DNA of 64,000 bases from a virus. Its lineage: Duplodnaviria; Caudoviricetes. The DNA lies in the IMG/VR virus record IMGVR_UViG_3300042554_001750. The stretch is one strand, 5' to 3'. Both the position numbers and the translations under genes were made by a program. The notes under the pieces are model-generated. The model was not told the origin of the DNA. It ran no database searches and was given only the letters and a program-made list of their open reading frames with translations. Shown here one piece after another: positions 25,070 through 34,051 of this stretch (the first letter of the stretch is position 1; each line of letters starts with the position of its first letter).

Positions 25070-26889
25070 AACTCTTACTAGCATTCATATTACTGTTGTT
25101 TTCAAATTTCAGTCAGGCAGCTTTTACTGACATAAAGTTTGGCCGCTATCAAGTAGCCGACAGTCAGTGGAATGTGAGTGCCTGCTTGAATACAACCACT
25201 TGCCAGATATACAGCAAGAATCCAGGAACTATGTACAAGATACCCTGGACCAGTGGCCAGTGGAGTTGGCAAACTGGGCAGTATGTTCAGTTCAGCCTAA
25301 GTGGTAACGCCAGCTTTCCCTATGAAGGCAAAGTGTATAATAGTAACGGCACCTTAGCAGGTACTATAGGCATTGGCAAGATAGTAAACATGGGCCCTGA
25401 CTATTTCTTCTTTGTGGGCAGTGACAATAACACAGGTCAATTGTTCAGCGGTAGTAGTGGCATGAGTAACACCAGTGGTGTTAGTTGGACAGGAACATTG
25501 AATCCTACAACAGCACAAGCAGATGCTTATGCTGATGCAAGTTATAGCACAGTGCCTTTAGCGGCAGGACAAACTGCTACAGTAACTCCCAGTTCATCTA
25601 ATACACCTGCACCCAACCCCAGACCAGTTTGGCCTGTGATCAATCGTGCCGCCAATCAAGTTCAGTTTGGCAGTGGTCGCACTGGTGGCTGGAGTACATA
25701 CTGGCAAGATTGTTGTGGCAGTGGAGGCGGAACATGGGGGTCAATAAATTATGGTGGCAATGGAAACAGTTCAGCACAATTTTGGGCTACAACATATATG
25801 CGTTGGCCAGGAGCAGACAATGGGGTAAGCAGAACCATATGGTTTAGAACGGGTCTGGATGACGCCCATCAATTACGAATAAATGGTCAACTGGTCACTA
25901 GTGGTGGTTGCTGTAGTTGGGCATATGGGTCATATACTGCCAAGCCTGGCGAAATTGTAAAACTTGAGTTCTACAGTAATAACTCTGGCGGCAATGACTG
26001 GGTATTTCAGGTTGCCTGGGATCCGCAAGGTGATGGTAGTTATGAATTACTAGACAGCAACACAGTCGCACTACAAAGTGCCACAGATGGTGGTGGCGGT
26101 TTCTGGTACGGCAGCGGTATAACCACAGATCAAACTAATATCATGAACAGTGCCAGAACACGCACAGGAGCTGTAGCACTGGGCAATCGCATTGACCTAG
26201 AACAAAAAATAGGCACTAGTGGCAGTGTAGTTACAATAGAACAGACTGGTAACTATAATTTGATTCAGGGGTTAGGTGGCGGCAATGCCATCATTGATGG
26301 TCAGAACAACACACTAAACATCAAGCAAGGTGACACATTGGGTCGTAACTTGATTGAATTGGGTGTATACGGAAATACCAATACTGTTACAGTAAATCAA
26401 GCCCGTAATACTACCACTGGGTTGCAAGATGGCAGCGAAAGCGGCGGACATTATGCTGGCTTAGGCGTCAATGGTAATAGTAACACAGTCACAATTAGAC
26501 AGGGCAATGATGGTGGTATCAGTAGCGGACATTTCGGTTTAATGTACATCAAGGGTGATACCAACAACATGTCACTTACACAAGCCAACAACAATGACAA
26601 GAGAGCATTTATTAGTGTTGATGGTAACAATAATAATAGCATATTATCGCAATCAGGTTTGGGCAACCACTATATTGACTTAATGATGACTGGCAACGGT
26701 CACACAGCCAACATCACACAGTCAGGAAATGCCACACATAGAGCCACAATCAACTTGACCAATGCCGGCGGTTCAAGCATTCTAAACTTGATTCAGCAAG
26801 GTAGTACAGCACAACAATACAGTATTGTGCAGCAATGTGCTAACTTACAGGGCTGTAGTGTTACTGTAACACAAGGCAATGGACCGTAA
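25066..26889 (+). CDS. Secreted adhesin-like protein: N-terminal Trp/Gly-rich and PA14-like domains, C-terminal curlin repeats
   Basis: Signal peptide; FRTGLDDAHQLRINGQLV (PA14-like); about ten IxQxG/GNxN repeats in the C-terminal 230 aa. Confidence 0.65.
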   Translation: MKLLLAFILLLFSNFSQAAFTDIKFGRYQVADSQWNVSACLNTTTCQIYSKNPGTMYKIPWTSGQWSWQTGQYVQFSLSGNASFPYEGKVYNSNGTLAGTIGIGKIVNMGPDYFFFVGSDNNTGQLFSGSSGMSNTSGVSWTGTLNPTTAQADAYADASYSTVPLAAGQTATVTPSSSNTPAPNPRPVWPVINRAANQVQFGSGRTGGWSTYWQDCCGSGGGTWGSINYGGNGNSSAQFWATTYMRWPGADNGVSRTIWFRTGLDDAHQLRINGQLVTSGGCCSWAYGSYTAKPGEIVKLEFYSNNSGGNDWVFQVAWDPQGDGSYELLDSNTVALQSATDGGGGFWYGSGITTDQTNIMNSARTRTGAVALGNRIDLEQKIGTSGSVVTIEQTGNYNLIQGLGGGNAIIDGQNNTLNIKQGDTLGRNLIELGVYGNTNTVTVNQARNTTTGLQDGSESGGHYAGLGVNGNSNTVTIRQGNDGGISSGHFGLMYIKGDTNNMSLTQANNNDKRAFISVDGNNNNSILSQSGLGNHYIDLMMTGNGHTANITQSGNATHRATINLTNAGGSSILNLIQQGSTAQQYSIVQQCANLQGCSVTVTQGNGP

Positions 26890-26902
26890 TAAATAAAAGA
26901 CT

Positions 26903-28960
26903 ATGAAAAAAATCTTATTAAATCCCTGGACAGCACTTGCCACCCTCGTAATTGTGTTATTCGTCCGTATGTTAGATCCTACATTTGTAGAAAGTGTAAG
27001 GTTACGCTATTTTGATACACTAATTACTAGCCAACCGGATAAACCTGTCAGTGTTAGTGTTGTCAACATAGATGAAGCTAGTTTAGACAAGTATGGACAG
27101 TTTCCATTTCCAAGAGATGTATATGCTCAAATAATACAGGACATTTATAAACGAAACGCAGGATTAGTTGTATTCAATGTATTGATGCCTGAAAAGGACA
27201 GATTTAACAAAGATACCGTTTTAGCTCAAACATTAGAAAAAAATCCAGTTGTATTACCTGCATTAGGTAGCACTAAGAGTAAAAATACTGATGTTGGTAG
27301 CGCAGTTCAAATTGTTGGAAAAAATGTAGAAGGCAGTCTAGTACAGTACCCTGGATACATTACATCAGTTAATGAAATATCTGATAAGGCTGCAGGAGTT
27401 GGTATCGTTAATACTTTTCCAGAAGTTGACGGTGTTGTTCGTCGCATGCCATTAGTTATTATTGCAGGAGAAAATGTTCACCCTGCACTATCATTAGAAG
27501 CATTGAGAGTTATAGCACAAGATACAAAAATTCAAGTTAAAATTTCAGAGTTGGGCGTTGAAGCATTGCGTATTCCAAATTTTGCAAAAATCAAAACAGA
27601 CAATTTAAGTCGTATATGGATAGATTATAGTGGTAAACCCGAGCAGTATAGTTTAGTTGATATGCCAAAAGATTTTGAAGGCAAAGTTGTTGTGGTTGGT
27701 TTAAGTGCAGCTGGATTAGTAAATCCTGTGCCAACAAGTCGCGGAGAAATATGGCCACAAGAACTACAAGCCAGTGTAATGGGAACCATCTTAAATGATA
27801 CAGTAATCAGTCGTCCTAATTATGCCAATGAGTTAGAAATACTTGCAATATTAGTTGCAGGTATATTATTGATATTCTTAATGAGGTGGACATATGTTGG
27901 TATTGCGGCAACAGTTGTTACGGTTGGTGGTGTTATTGTTGGTAGCATCTATGCTTACAGTAACTTTTTATTCTTATTTGATAGTACTGCCTTCGCAGTT
28001 GGCGTTGGATTGGTCGCTCTGCACGCCTACATGGTCAAGTTCGTATCAGAATTCTTACAGAAACAGCAAATAAGAAAACAGTTCCAAAGTTATCTAAGCC
28101 CTGACTTAGTTGCTAAGTTAATCAAAGATCCTAGTTTATTAAAACTAGGCGGTGAGGAAAAAGAACTGTCTATTATGTTTACTGATGTTCGCGGATTTAC
28201 ATCAATCTCTGAACATTATGGTCGTGATGTACAAGGACTTACTAGCATCATGAACCGTTATATGACTGCCATGACTAGAACTATTCTAGAAACAGGTGGC
28301 ACATTAGACAAGTACATCGGTGACGCACAAATGGCATTCTGGAATGCACCATTAGATGAAACTAAGCACTGCAAAGATGCTGTTAAAGCCGCGTTAGAAA
28401 TGTTAGGAAGTTTAGATGGGTTTAATGCAGGTATTAAAGAAGAAGGGGTTCCTCCATTCGGTATGGGCATTGGTATTAACACTGGTGTTGTTGTGGTTGG
28501 CAATATGGGTAGTGAGCAACGCTTTGACTATACTTGCCTTGGCGACGCTGTTAATTTGGCTAGTCGTTTAGAAGGTCAATCTAAGAACTATGGCGTACTA
28601 ATTGTTCTTGGTCCTGTGACTGCTGAACGGTTAGGTGATGAATACTTTACATTAGAATTAGATTGTATTGCTGTTAAGGGTAAAAAAGAAGGTGTTAATA
28701 TCTATACAGTATTCTACAATCCTTCAACAAATGTTGAAATGGTAAAATGGAAAACAGCAAAAGAGTTACATGAATTAATGTTAGCTTATTATCGCAAACA
28801 ACAGTGGGATAAGGCAATAGAATTGATACACAGCCTTAAGGGAGAATTTAGTGGCGGCATGGATAATTATTATGATCTATGGCTTGAAAGAGTTGAAGAA
28901 ATGCGCAATGCTAATTTACCAACTGATTGGGACGGAGTGTTCCGGGCTACAAGTAAATAA
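26903..28960 (+). CDS. CHASE2-domain class III adenylate cyclase
   Basis: N-terminal TM, CHASE2 (VNIDEASL..GQFPFPR, DGVVRRMPL), three TMs, FTDVRGFT, DKYIGDA, DYTCLGDAVNLASRLE. Confidence 0.92.
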   Translation: MKKILLNPWTALATLVIVLFVRMLDPTFVESVRLRYFDTLITSQPDKPVSVSVVNIDEASLDKYGQFPFPRDVYAQIIQDIYKRNAGLVVFNVLMPEKDRFNKDTVLAQTLEKNPVVLPALGSTKSKNTDVGSAVQIVGKNVEGSLVQYPGYITSVNEISDKAAGVGIVNTFPEVDGVVRRMPLVIIAGENVHPALSLEALRVIAQDTKIQVKISELGVEALRIPNFAKIKTDNLSRIWIDYSGKPEQYSLVDMPKDFEGKVVVVGLSAAGLVNPVPTSRGEIWPQELQASVMGTILNDTVISRPNYANELEILAILVAGILLIFLMRWTYVGIAATVVTVGGVIVGSIYAYSNFLFLFDSTAFAVGVGLVALHAYMVKFVSEFLQKQQIRKQFQSYLSPDLVAKLIKDPSLLKLGGEEKELSIMFTDVRGFTSISEHYGRDVQGLTSIMNRYMTAMTRTILETGGTLDKYIGDAQMAFWNAPLDETKHCKDAVKAALEMLGSLDGFNAGIKEEGVPPFGMGIGINTGVVVVGNMGSEQRFDYTCLGDAVNLASRLEGQSKNYGVLIVLGPVTAERLGDEYFTLELDCIAVKGKKEGVNIYTVFYNPSTNVEMVKWKTAKELHELMLAYYRKQQWDKAIELIHSLKGEFSGGMDNYYDLWLERVEEMRNANLPTDWDGVFRATSK

Positions 28961-28963
28961 CCT

Positions 28964-28992
28964 TTGACTCATTGGTAAAAATATGTTATACT
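28964..28992 (+). promoter_or_regulatory. sigma70-type promoter
   Basis: TTGACT-17-TATACT. Confidence 0.65.
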
Positions 28993-29011
28993 ATAAAGAA
29001 TGGATTAATTT

Positions 29012-29770
29012 ATGCTACGATCATTATACAAAATATTTTTTATTGGTATACTACTTTCCTTATTTCCTAGCTGGGGCAGAGCCGATCCTCTGCCCAACAT
29101 CACCGCGCAAGCCTGGTTAATTGCTGATGTAAATGGTAATATTTTACAAGGTTCTAACACAACTGATGTCCGTAGTATAGCAAGTATTACAAAATTAATG
29201 ACTGTGATGGTTGTTATTGATGCACAACAAGACCTCAATGAAGTTGTCACCAAGAAGTTATTCAATAAAAATCTAACTAGAATGGATCTTATTGATTTAG
29301 CAATCGTTAAATCAGATAATGAAGCTTCAAAAATATTATGTGACAAGTACCCGGGTGGGTACAAAAGTTGCGTTCAGGCTATGAATGATAAGGCGCGTGG
29401 ATTGCAAATGTACAATACCAGCTTTACTGATCCAACTGGAAGAATGCATGACAATGTAAGCACTGCTCAAGACTTAATAAAATTAGTTATAGCCTCTAGC
29501 TCTTATCAAGTAATTGTTGATGCTAGCAAAAAGGATCATTTAAGTTACTCAACAGGAAAAAGAAATTCTATAGTATTCAACAATACTAATAATTTAGTCG
29601 GAAAAGGTTACGATTTTATTGTCACTAAAACCGGCTTCATAAACAAAGCAGGTGGCTGCATTGTGTTTATGATAGACACTGTTCGTGGAGTAAGAACTGT
29701 GATTGTATTGGGAAGTAAAAATACTAGAACTAGAATCCCCGAAGCTTTCTTGTTATCTACATTATACTGA
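29012..29770 (+). CDS. Peptidase S11 D-alanyl-D-alanine endo/carboxypeptidase (PbpG/DacA-like)
   Basis: Signal peptide; SxxK (ASITK), SxN (KSDN), KTG. Confidence 0.88.
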   Translation: MLRSLYKIFFIGILLSLFPSWGRADPLPNITAQAWLIADVNGNILQGSNTTDVRSIASITKLMTVMVVIDAQQDLNEVVTKKLFNKNLTRMDLIDLAIVKSDNEASKILCDKYPGGYKSCVQAMNDKARGLQMYNTSFTDPTGRMHDNVSTAQDLIKLVIASSSYQVIVDASKKDHLSYSTGKRNSIVFNNTNNLVGKGYDFIVTKTGFINKAGGCIVFMIDTVRGVRTVIVLGSKNTRTRIPEAFLLSTLY

Positions 29771-30064
29771 CTTTAAAGAATCCAAATACTTTTTGTATTT
29801 TAAATTACCTTCAGGTATGTAGTCAATATTCATAACAGGGCTGTAATCAGTTTCAACTAGATTGACAATTTCATCCCCGAACTTAATGGTCAAGTATGAT
29901 AATGTTTTATCACTATTTTCTTGACCTTCACTGAATGCCAACAATAAATGATGTAGCCACTTGATTTTTCTTTTACAATATTTTTTAACTTGGGAATCTG
30001 ATAAGATATCAGTAAAGTTATTTGACTCGCGGTAAAATACTAGATATTTCATTATTTCTTCCAA
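29762..30064 (-). CDS. Hypothetical protein
   Basis: 100-aa ORF in a coupled minus-strand run. Confidence 0.55.
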   Translation of the reverse strand: MEEIMKYLVFYRESNNFTDILSDSQVKKYCKRKIKWLHHLLLAFSEGQENSDKTLSYLTIKFGDEIVNLVETDYSPVMNIDYIPEGNLKYKKYLDSLKSV

Positions 30065-30255
30065 ATTGTAAAAGCGATGTAGTCTCTTTCTGATTCAAAA
30101 AAGAATATCCAGCTATTATACATTTCTTCATGCGGATCTTCCATGTACCTCCACTCACTAGTACAATTACGATCACACCATTCAACAACGGGTCGTAGTT
30201 CGCCGTATGGTAATTTTATCTCAACTTTATACGCTGTCGGTATACTGATGGACAT
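30052..30255 (-). CDS. Hypothetical protein
   Basis: 67-aa ORF. Confidence 0.55.
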   Translation of the reverse strand: MSISIPTAYKVEIKLPYGELRPVVEWCDRNCTSEWRYMEDPHEEMYNSWIFFFESERDYIAFTIWKK

Positions 30256-30757
30256 TGACCCCGCCTTGTTTTAAAAAGGTTACTCCTGAGTCATCGCGGT
30301 ATTGCTCACGGTAGTATAGTGTATTGATTCCTGATTGGTATATCAGTTTAGCGCACTCAATACATGGCGCATGTGTACAAAACATAGTTGCCCCGTCACT
30401 GCTTTCAGTGGACCTGGACACTTTAGCGATGGAGTTACTTTCGGCGTGAAGTACCTCTGGTTTGGTTCGTAAGCGATAGCGTCCCTCTACCTCGTTCCCG
30501 TTGGCATCTACATATGTGCCTTCATGGGGCCAACGTTCCTCAATTTCATCAGGGTTTAGCCAACCACCTGCGTCACCGCTCATCCATTCCCGATCTTCAC
30601 AATTGTTTTCCCAACCAGTGGGCATACCATTGTAGCCTGTGCCAATGATTTGATTACCTTTAACGATTACTGCACCTACTTGTAATCGTTTCGCATAGCT
30701 TAACTTACTCGTCAAGTTTGCTATACTCATAAAGTAATCAATAAATTTCTTTTTCAC
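30227..30757 (-). CDS. dCMP deaminase
   Basis: VGAVIV..GYNG, HAE, PCIECAK. Confidence 0.9.
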   Translation of the reverse strand: MKKKFIDYFMSIANLTSKLSYAKRLQVGAVIVKGNQIIGTGYNGMPTGWENNCEDREWMSGDAGGWLNPDEIEERWPHEGTYVDANGNEVEGRYRLRTKPEVLHAESNSIAKVSRSTESSDGATMFCTHAPCIECAKLIYQSGINTLYYREQYRDDSGVTFLKQGGVNVHQYTDSV

Positions 30758-30993
30758 TTAATATAACCTAGTTTTTCAATATGAAGTTTGGCAGTTGAAT
30801 CACTTAATGCTTTTAGAAAAAAATTGTTAAATCCAAATCTTTCGCAGAATGCTTCTCCGAATGTCTTACCTTTTAATTTATCAAAAATAAATTCCTCACA
30901 GAATATTTCATAGTCAACAGTACTTATTGTTTTTTCACTGTTGGTTGTTAAACTTTCTAATGCACCCAACGAATACATAAAACTGTCGTTCAT
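30754..30993 (-). CDS. Hypothetical protein
   Basis: Likely ATG at 30993. Confidence 0.5.
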   Translation of the reverse strand: MNDSFMYSLGALESLTTNSEKTISTVDYEIFCEEFIFDKLKGKTFGEAFCERFGFNNFFLKALSDSTAKLHIEKLGYIK

Positions 30994-30994
30994 A

Positions 30995-31534
30995 TTAATC
31001 CCAAAGATTCCTATAATACTTACCAAACAATTCAAGACCTTCTTGAATTCGTTCTTCGTGTAATTGGTGACCAACATGATCATACCAATGTTGATTGGGA
31101 TTTTTATCTACCATGCGAAATGTATCTTCCATCTTACCTGAAATGGGATTAGGATATTGTTTATCAGACTTTACAAAATCATACTCACTTTTTCCATGCC
31201 GATATTTATCTTCGTATGATTCTAGTGCTATCTGTTGGAAACTCCAAATCATCTTGTCAAGAACTTCGTCCCAAAGTTTACACTTTTCATCAAATGCTTC
31301 TTTGTGTGTTTCTTTGTAAAAGTCAAAACTGTCTTGATCAACATAATCTTCTCCCCCTATATCAGCAATAAAATCACCAGGAACACCGTGTTTTGTTGCC
31401 TTCAATTGTAAAAGTGCAGGAAGGATAATTAATGCAAGTGTGTAATCTAAACTGAATGTGTCGTGTCTTTCAATATCAATATCAAATCTTTGTCCAATTT
31501 CTGATTTGAGATACTTACCAATCTTTACCTTCAT
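30995..31534 (-). CDS. Conserved phage hypothetical protein
   Basis: DTFSLDYTLALII ... W..VLDKMIWSF ... IQEGLELFGKYY. Confidence 0.65.
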   Translation of the reverse strand: MKVKIGKYLKSEIGQRFDIDIERHDTFSLDYTLALIILPALLQLKATKHGVPGDFIADIGGEDYVDQDSFDFYKETHKEAFDEKCKLWDEVLDKMIWSFQQIALESYEDKYRHGKSEYDFVKSDKQYPNPISGKMEDTFRMVDKNPNQHWYDHVGHQLHEERIQEGLELFGKYYRNLWD

Positions 31535-31872
31535 TGTATTTTACCATTAATAATTTTAATAATTTTATTATCCGGCGCCGCAAGTAAAGCAAAGTTCACA
31601 TTTTTATTTTTAAATAGATTTTCTGCAACTTCGTCTAATGATGATCCTTGCGCCATAAAATCATTTGATTTAATGTCGTATGTATAAAAAACATTGTTAT
31701 GAGTTTCTACTTTTAACATTCTAATATCAGGTGTCACAACTTTATTTTCTTCTAGGTTTATGCCTTCCTTTTCTGCTAACTTTATAAGTTGACGATATAC
31801 TTTGAATGCAAAATAATTATAGCCCAAAAAACAGCCTATAACAAATCCTATGAGGTAATTTAGAAGTTCCAT
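31531..31872 (-). CDS. Hypothetical protein with N-terminal TM
   Basis: 113-aa ORF; late-like box upstream. Confidence 0.55.
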   Translation of the reverse strand: MELLNYLIGFVIGCFLGYNYFAFKVYRQLIKLAEKEGINLEENKVVTPDIRMLKVETHNNVFYTYDIKSNDFMAQGSSLDEVAENLFKNKNVNFALLAAPDNKIIKIINGKIQ

Positions 31873-31881
31873 GATGTGTAT

Positions 31882-32160
31882 TTATTTGATTTTAATGTTA
31901 GAATAGACTTTCAATTTCTCAAACTTTTTATTTTTGGCAGTGTTAATACCATCTTGTGAAACACCTACCTTTTGTTTCACAAGAAGTTGAATCATAGCCT
32001 GAAGATCACCGATTTCTTTTTCAAGTCGTTGAATGTTTGTTACATCAATACCATCCATCATTTGATCGGGTCCAAAACGAAAACACTTACTGACCTCTAC
32101 GATAACTTCGGCGCATTCTTCTTGTAGAATGGTTAATATTTCTTTAGTTTGTTCATTCAT
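31882..32160 (-). CDS. MazG-like nucleotide pyrophosphohydrolase
   Basis: LQEECAEVI..SK ... EKEIGDL. Confidence 0.7.
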   Translation of the reverse strand: MNEQTKEILTILQEECAEVIVEVSKCFRFGPDQMMDGIDVTNIQRLEKEIGDLQAMIQLLVKQKVGVSQDGINTAKNKKFEKLKVYSNIKIK

Positions 32161-32575
32161 TTGTGTTTTCCGTTTCAAGGTCTTCTGGTTTTGTATGCTC
32201 GTCACAAGCAGTATATAGCCAACCGCCTCCCCTTAGTTTACCCGGTTTACCACAAACTTCACAAGTATTAGCCGCCCAACTTTCAGCCATGCGAACCATA
32301 CCATCTATATAGTCATCGCCGCCGTTGTAATAGAATCTAAGTCCACCAAACTTCTCTTTAACTTGTGTAGCTACAACTTGTGCCACCTCCACCTCATTTC
32401 GGTTTTGCCAATCAATGTGACGTTGAATTTGACTGCAAAGACTATCAAGTATTTGATACCAGCCGTCGCCGTGATCAAACCCCCAGCACATTGCTGTTAA
32501 TGTCATGGGCTTGTGTCTATCAGCAAAAATCTTTGGATACTTTTTGCAAAGTTGGTTATCTAGTTCTTTACGCAT
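32153..32575 (-). CDS. Conserved phage hypothetical protein
   Basis: GDGWY..L, QVKEKFGGLRFY, CEVCG. Confidence 0.65.
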   Translation of the reverse strand: MRKELDNQLCKKYPKIFADRHKPMTLTAMCWGFDHGDGWYQILDSLCSQIQRHIDWQNRNEVEVAQVVATQVKEKFGGLRFYYNGGDDYIDGMVRMAESWAANTCEVCGKPGKLRGGGWLYTACDEHTKPEDLETENTNE

Positions 32576-32576
32576 A

Positions 32577-32828
32577 TTACATTCCAAAATGTTCTTTAAC
32601 TGCCATCTTGCTTTTCTCAATAGTAGCCATAATTAAATTGTGATCAAAGGTTGCATGAGCATGGTGTAGATTGGTATTGTCAATTGCAGTCAAACACTCC
32701 TGAATAATTAACTCGGCAAATGTGTAGAAGGCTTCTGTGGTTTTAACCAAGCCAGTGTTACCTTCATCATCGTATTTCTTACAACGATCAAATGCTTGGC
32801 CCAAAATATCTGCGATTCTTTCATTCAT
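32577..32828 (-). CDS. Hypothetical protein
   Basis: 83-aa ORF, coupled overlaps. Confidence 0.55.
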   Translation of the reverse strand: MNERIADILGQAFDRCKKYDDEGNTGLVKTTEAFYTFAELIIQECLTAIDNTNLHHAHATFDHNLIMATIEKSKMAVKEHFGM

Positions 32829-33046
32829 AGAATTTTCTTTTCGTGTACCAGTTTTTCAAAGGTGTTGAACAATTCATTAAACTTCATTTCATACAATGTT
32901 TGTATACCCAGTAATGCGTTAGCAATCTCATCAGTAGTCATTTCCTTAGGACCATCTAACAAATTGCGATATAACAAATCAACATCCTCAGTAACATTCC
33001 AGCACTTCAAAATCTGCTGTTCAAGATCAAAACGGTCTACTTTCAT
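32825..33046 (-). CDS. Hypothetical protein
   Basis: 73-aa ORF. Confidence 0.55.
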   Translation of the reverse strand: MKVDRFDLEQQILKCWNVTEDVDLLYRNLLDGPKEMTTDEIANALLGIQTLYEMKFNELFNTFEKLVHEKKIL

Positions 33047-33055
33047 GTTAATTCC

Positions 33056-33586
33056 TTAAGGTTTCTTTTTGCTCATTGCCATAGCCATCTTAGGCTCAAT
33101 ATAACGCTTGTGATAATCTTTATAGTTATTCAGATAGTGTTCCCATTGAATCCATTGTGTTTTTTGCTTAGTGCGATTCACTAGAAAGCCCCAGTCTCGT
33201 TGCTGCCGACCCATGAAGAAAAGAGTAGTAGCAGGACCCACGCTCTCATCAAGTTCAAGCCAATGAAAATCTTTTGCACGGCGCCGAATAATACTACCGG
33301 GGCCACGCCATTGACATAGTTCTCCAATGATCTTACCATCGTTTCCGTAAAGAGGTGTATGCTCGTAATAGCCACCCTTAAGAATGATTGTAAGAAAAGG
33401 CCAAGGATGATCATGCAAAATAGGATCATCACTCTTTACAATCTTATGTAGTGTAAGATTGAAGGGAAAATTTTTACGGTCTTTCAAAAACAAGTAATAC
33501 CGATGCATATAATCTTCACCAGTGCGGCGATCAGGAATCAAACGATACCGATCTAGTTTGTTCATAAGATTGTGAAAGAAACCCAT
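33056..33586 (-). CDS. Cupin-like protein
   Basis: HDHPWPFLTIILKGGYYE and a distal FH. Confidence 0.6.
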   Translation of the reverse strand: MGFFHNLMNKLDRYRLIPDRRTGEDYMHRYYLFLKDRKNFPFNLTLHKIVKSDDPILHDHPWPFLTIILKGGYYEHTPLYGNDGKIIGELCQWRGPGSIIRRRAKDFHWLELDESVGPATTLFFMGRQQRDWGFLVNRTKQKTQWIQWEHYLNNYKDYHKRYIEPKMAMAMSKKKP

Positions 33587-33646
33587 TGATTGCTCCTGTA
33601 ATCAGATATACTATTGTAACATATTTTACATTTTTGCACAAGTAGG

Positions 33647-33669
33647 AAAAGGGCACGAATGCCCTTTTT
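33647..33669. terminator. Intrinsic terminator
   Basis: AAAAGGGCA-CGAA-TGCCCTTTTT. Confidence 0.8.
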
Positions 33670-33687
33670 GCTCATCTCATCCCGAGA

Positions 33688-33945
33688 TTAGTCGTTGCTC
33701 ATTGCAAGAGCACGGTAGCCTGCGGCAACAACTGCGCGGCTGGGGGTACCCAAACGGTACTTAGTGAAAGTATCACCACGGCTGTTGGTACGCTTGTTAG
33801 CGTAAACTGCAAAACCTGCAAAGCGAAGGTCGCTTACGGTTGCGGTAGGATTAGCAATACCAAAACGGCTAGTGATTTGCTTTGCGGTCAATTGCTCACC
33901 GCGCTGAAGTGCCTCAAGAAGGGCTTGTTGCTTAGTAACAGTCAT
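33688..33945 (-). CDS. Small winged-HTH-like protein
   Basis: LLEALQRGEQLTAKQITSRFGIANPTATVSDLR. Confidence 0.6.
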   Translation of the reverse strand: MTVTKQQALLEALQRGEQLTAKQITSRFGIANPTATVSDLRFAGFAVYANKRTNSRGDTFTKYRLGTPSRAVVAAGYRALAMSND

Positions 33946-34051
33946 TTTATTTCCTCTTAAAAAATCGTTGTTCTCACAACGTACATAGATGATAACACGA
34001 TCAGTAGTCTTTAACAAGACATAAGGGCAACGAAGTTGCCTTAATTTGGAT

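Noticed and set aside
21707-29770. Interpreting the window as a bacterial chromosome or the curli block as contamination
   Set aside because: Flanks are continuous phage-type genes, spacing is compact and a phage late box precedes the operon; read-level confirmation is still advisable
30227-30757. About 35-aa insertion in dCMP deaminase as a possible intein or intron
   Set aside because: Too short, no Cys/Ser start or His-Asn end; variable loops at this position are common
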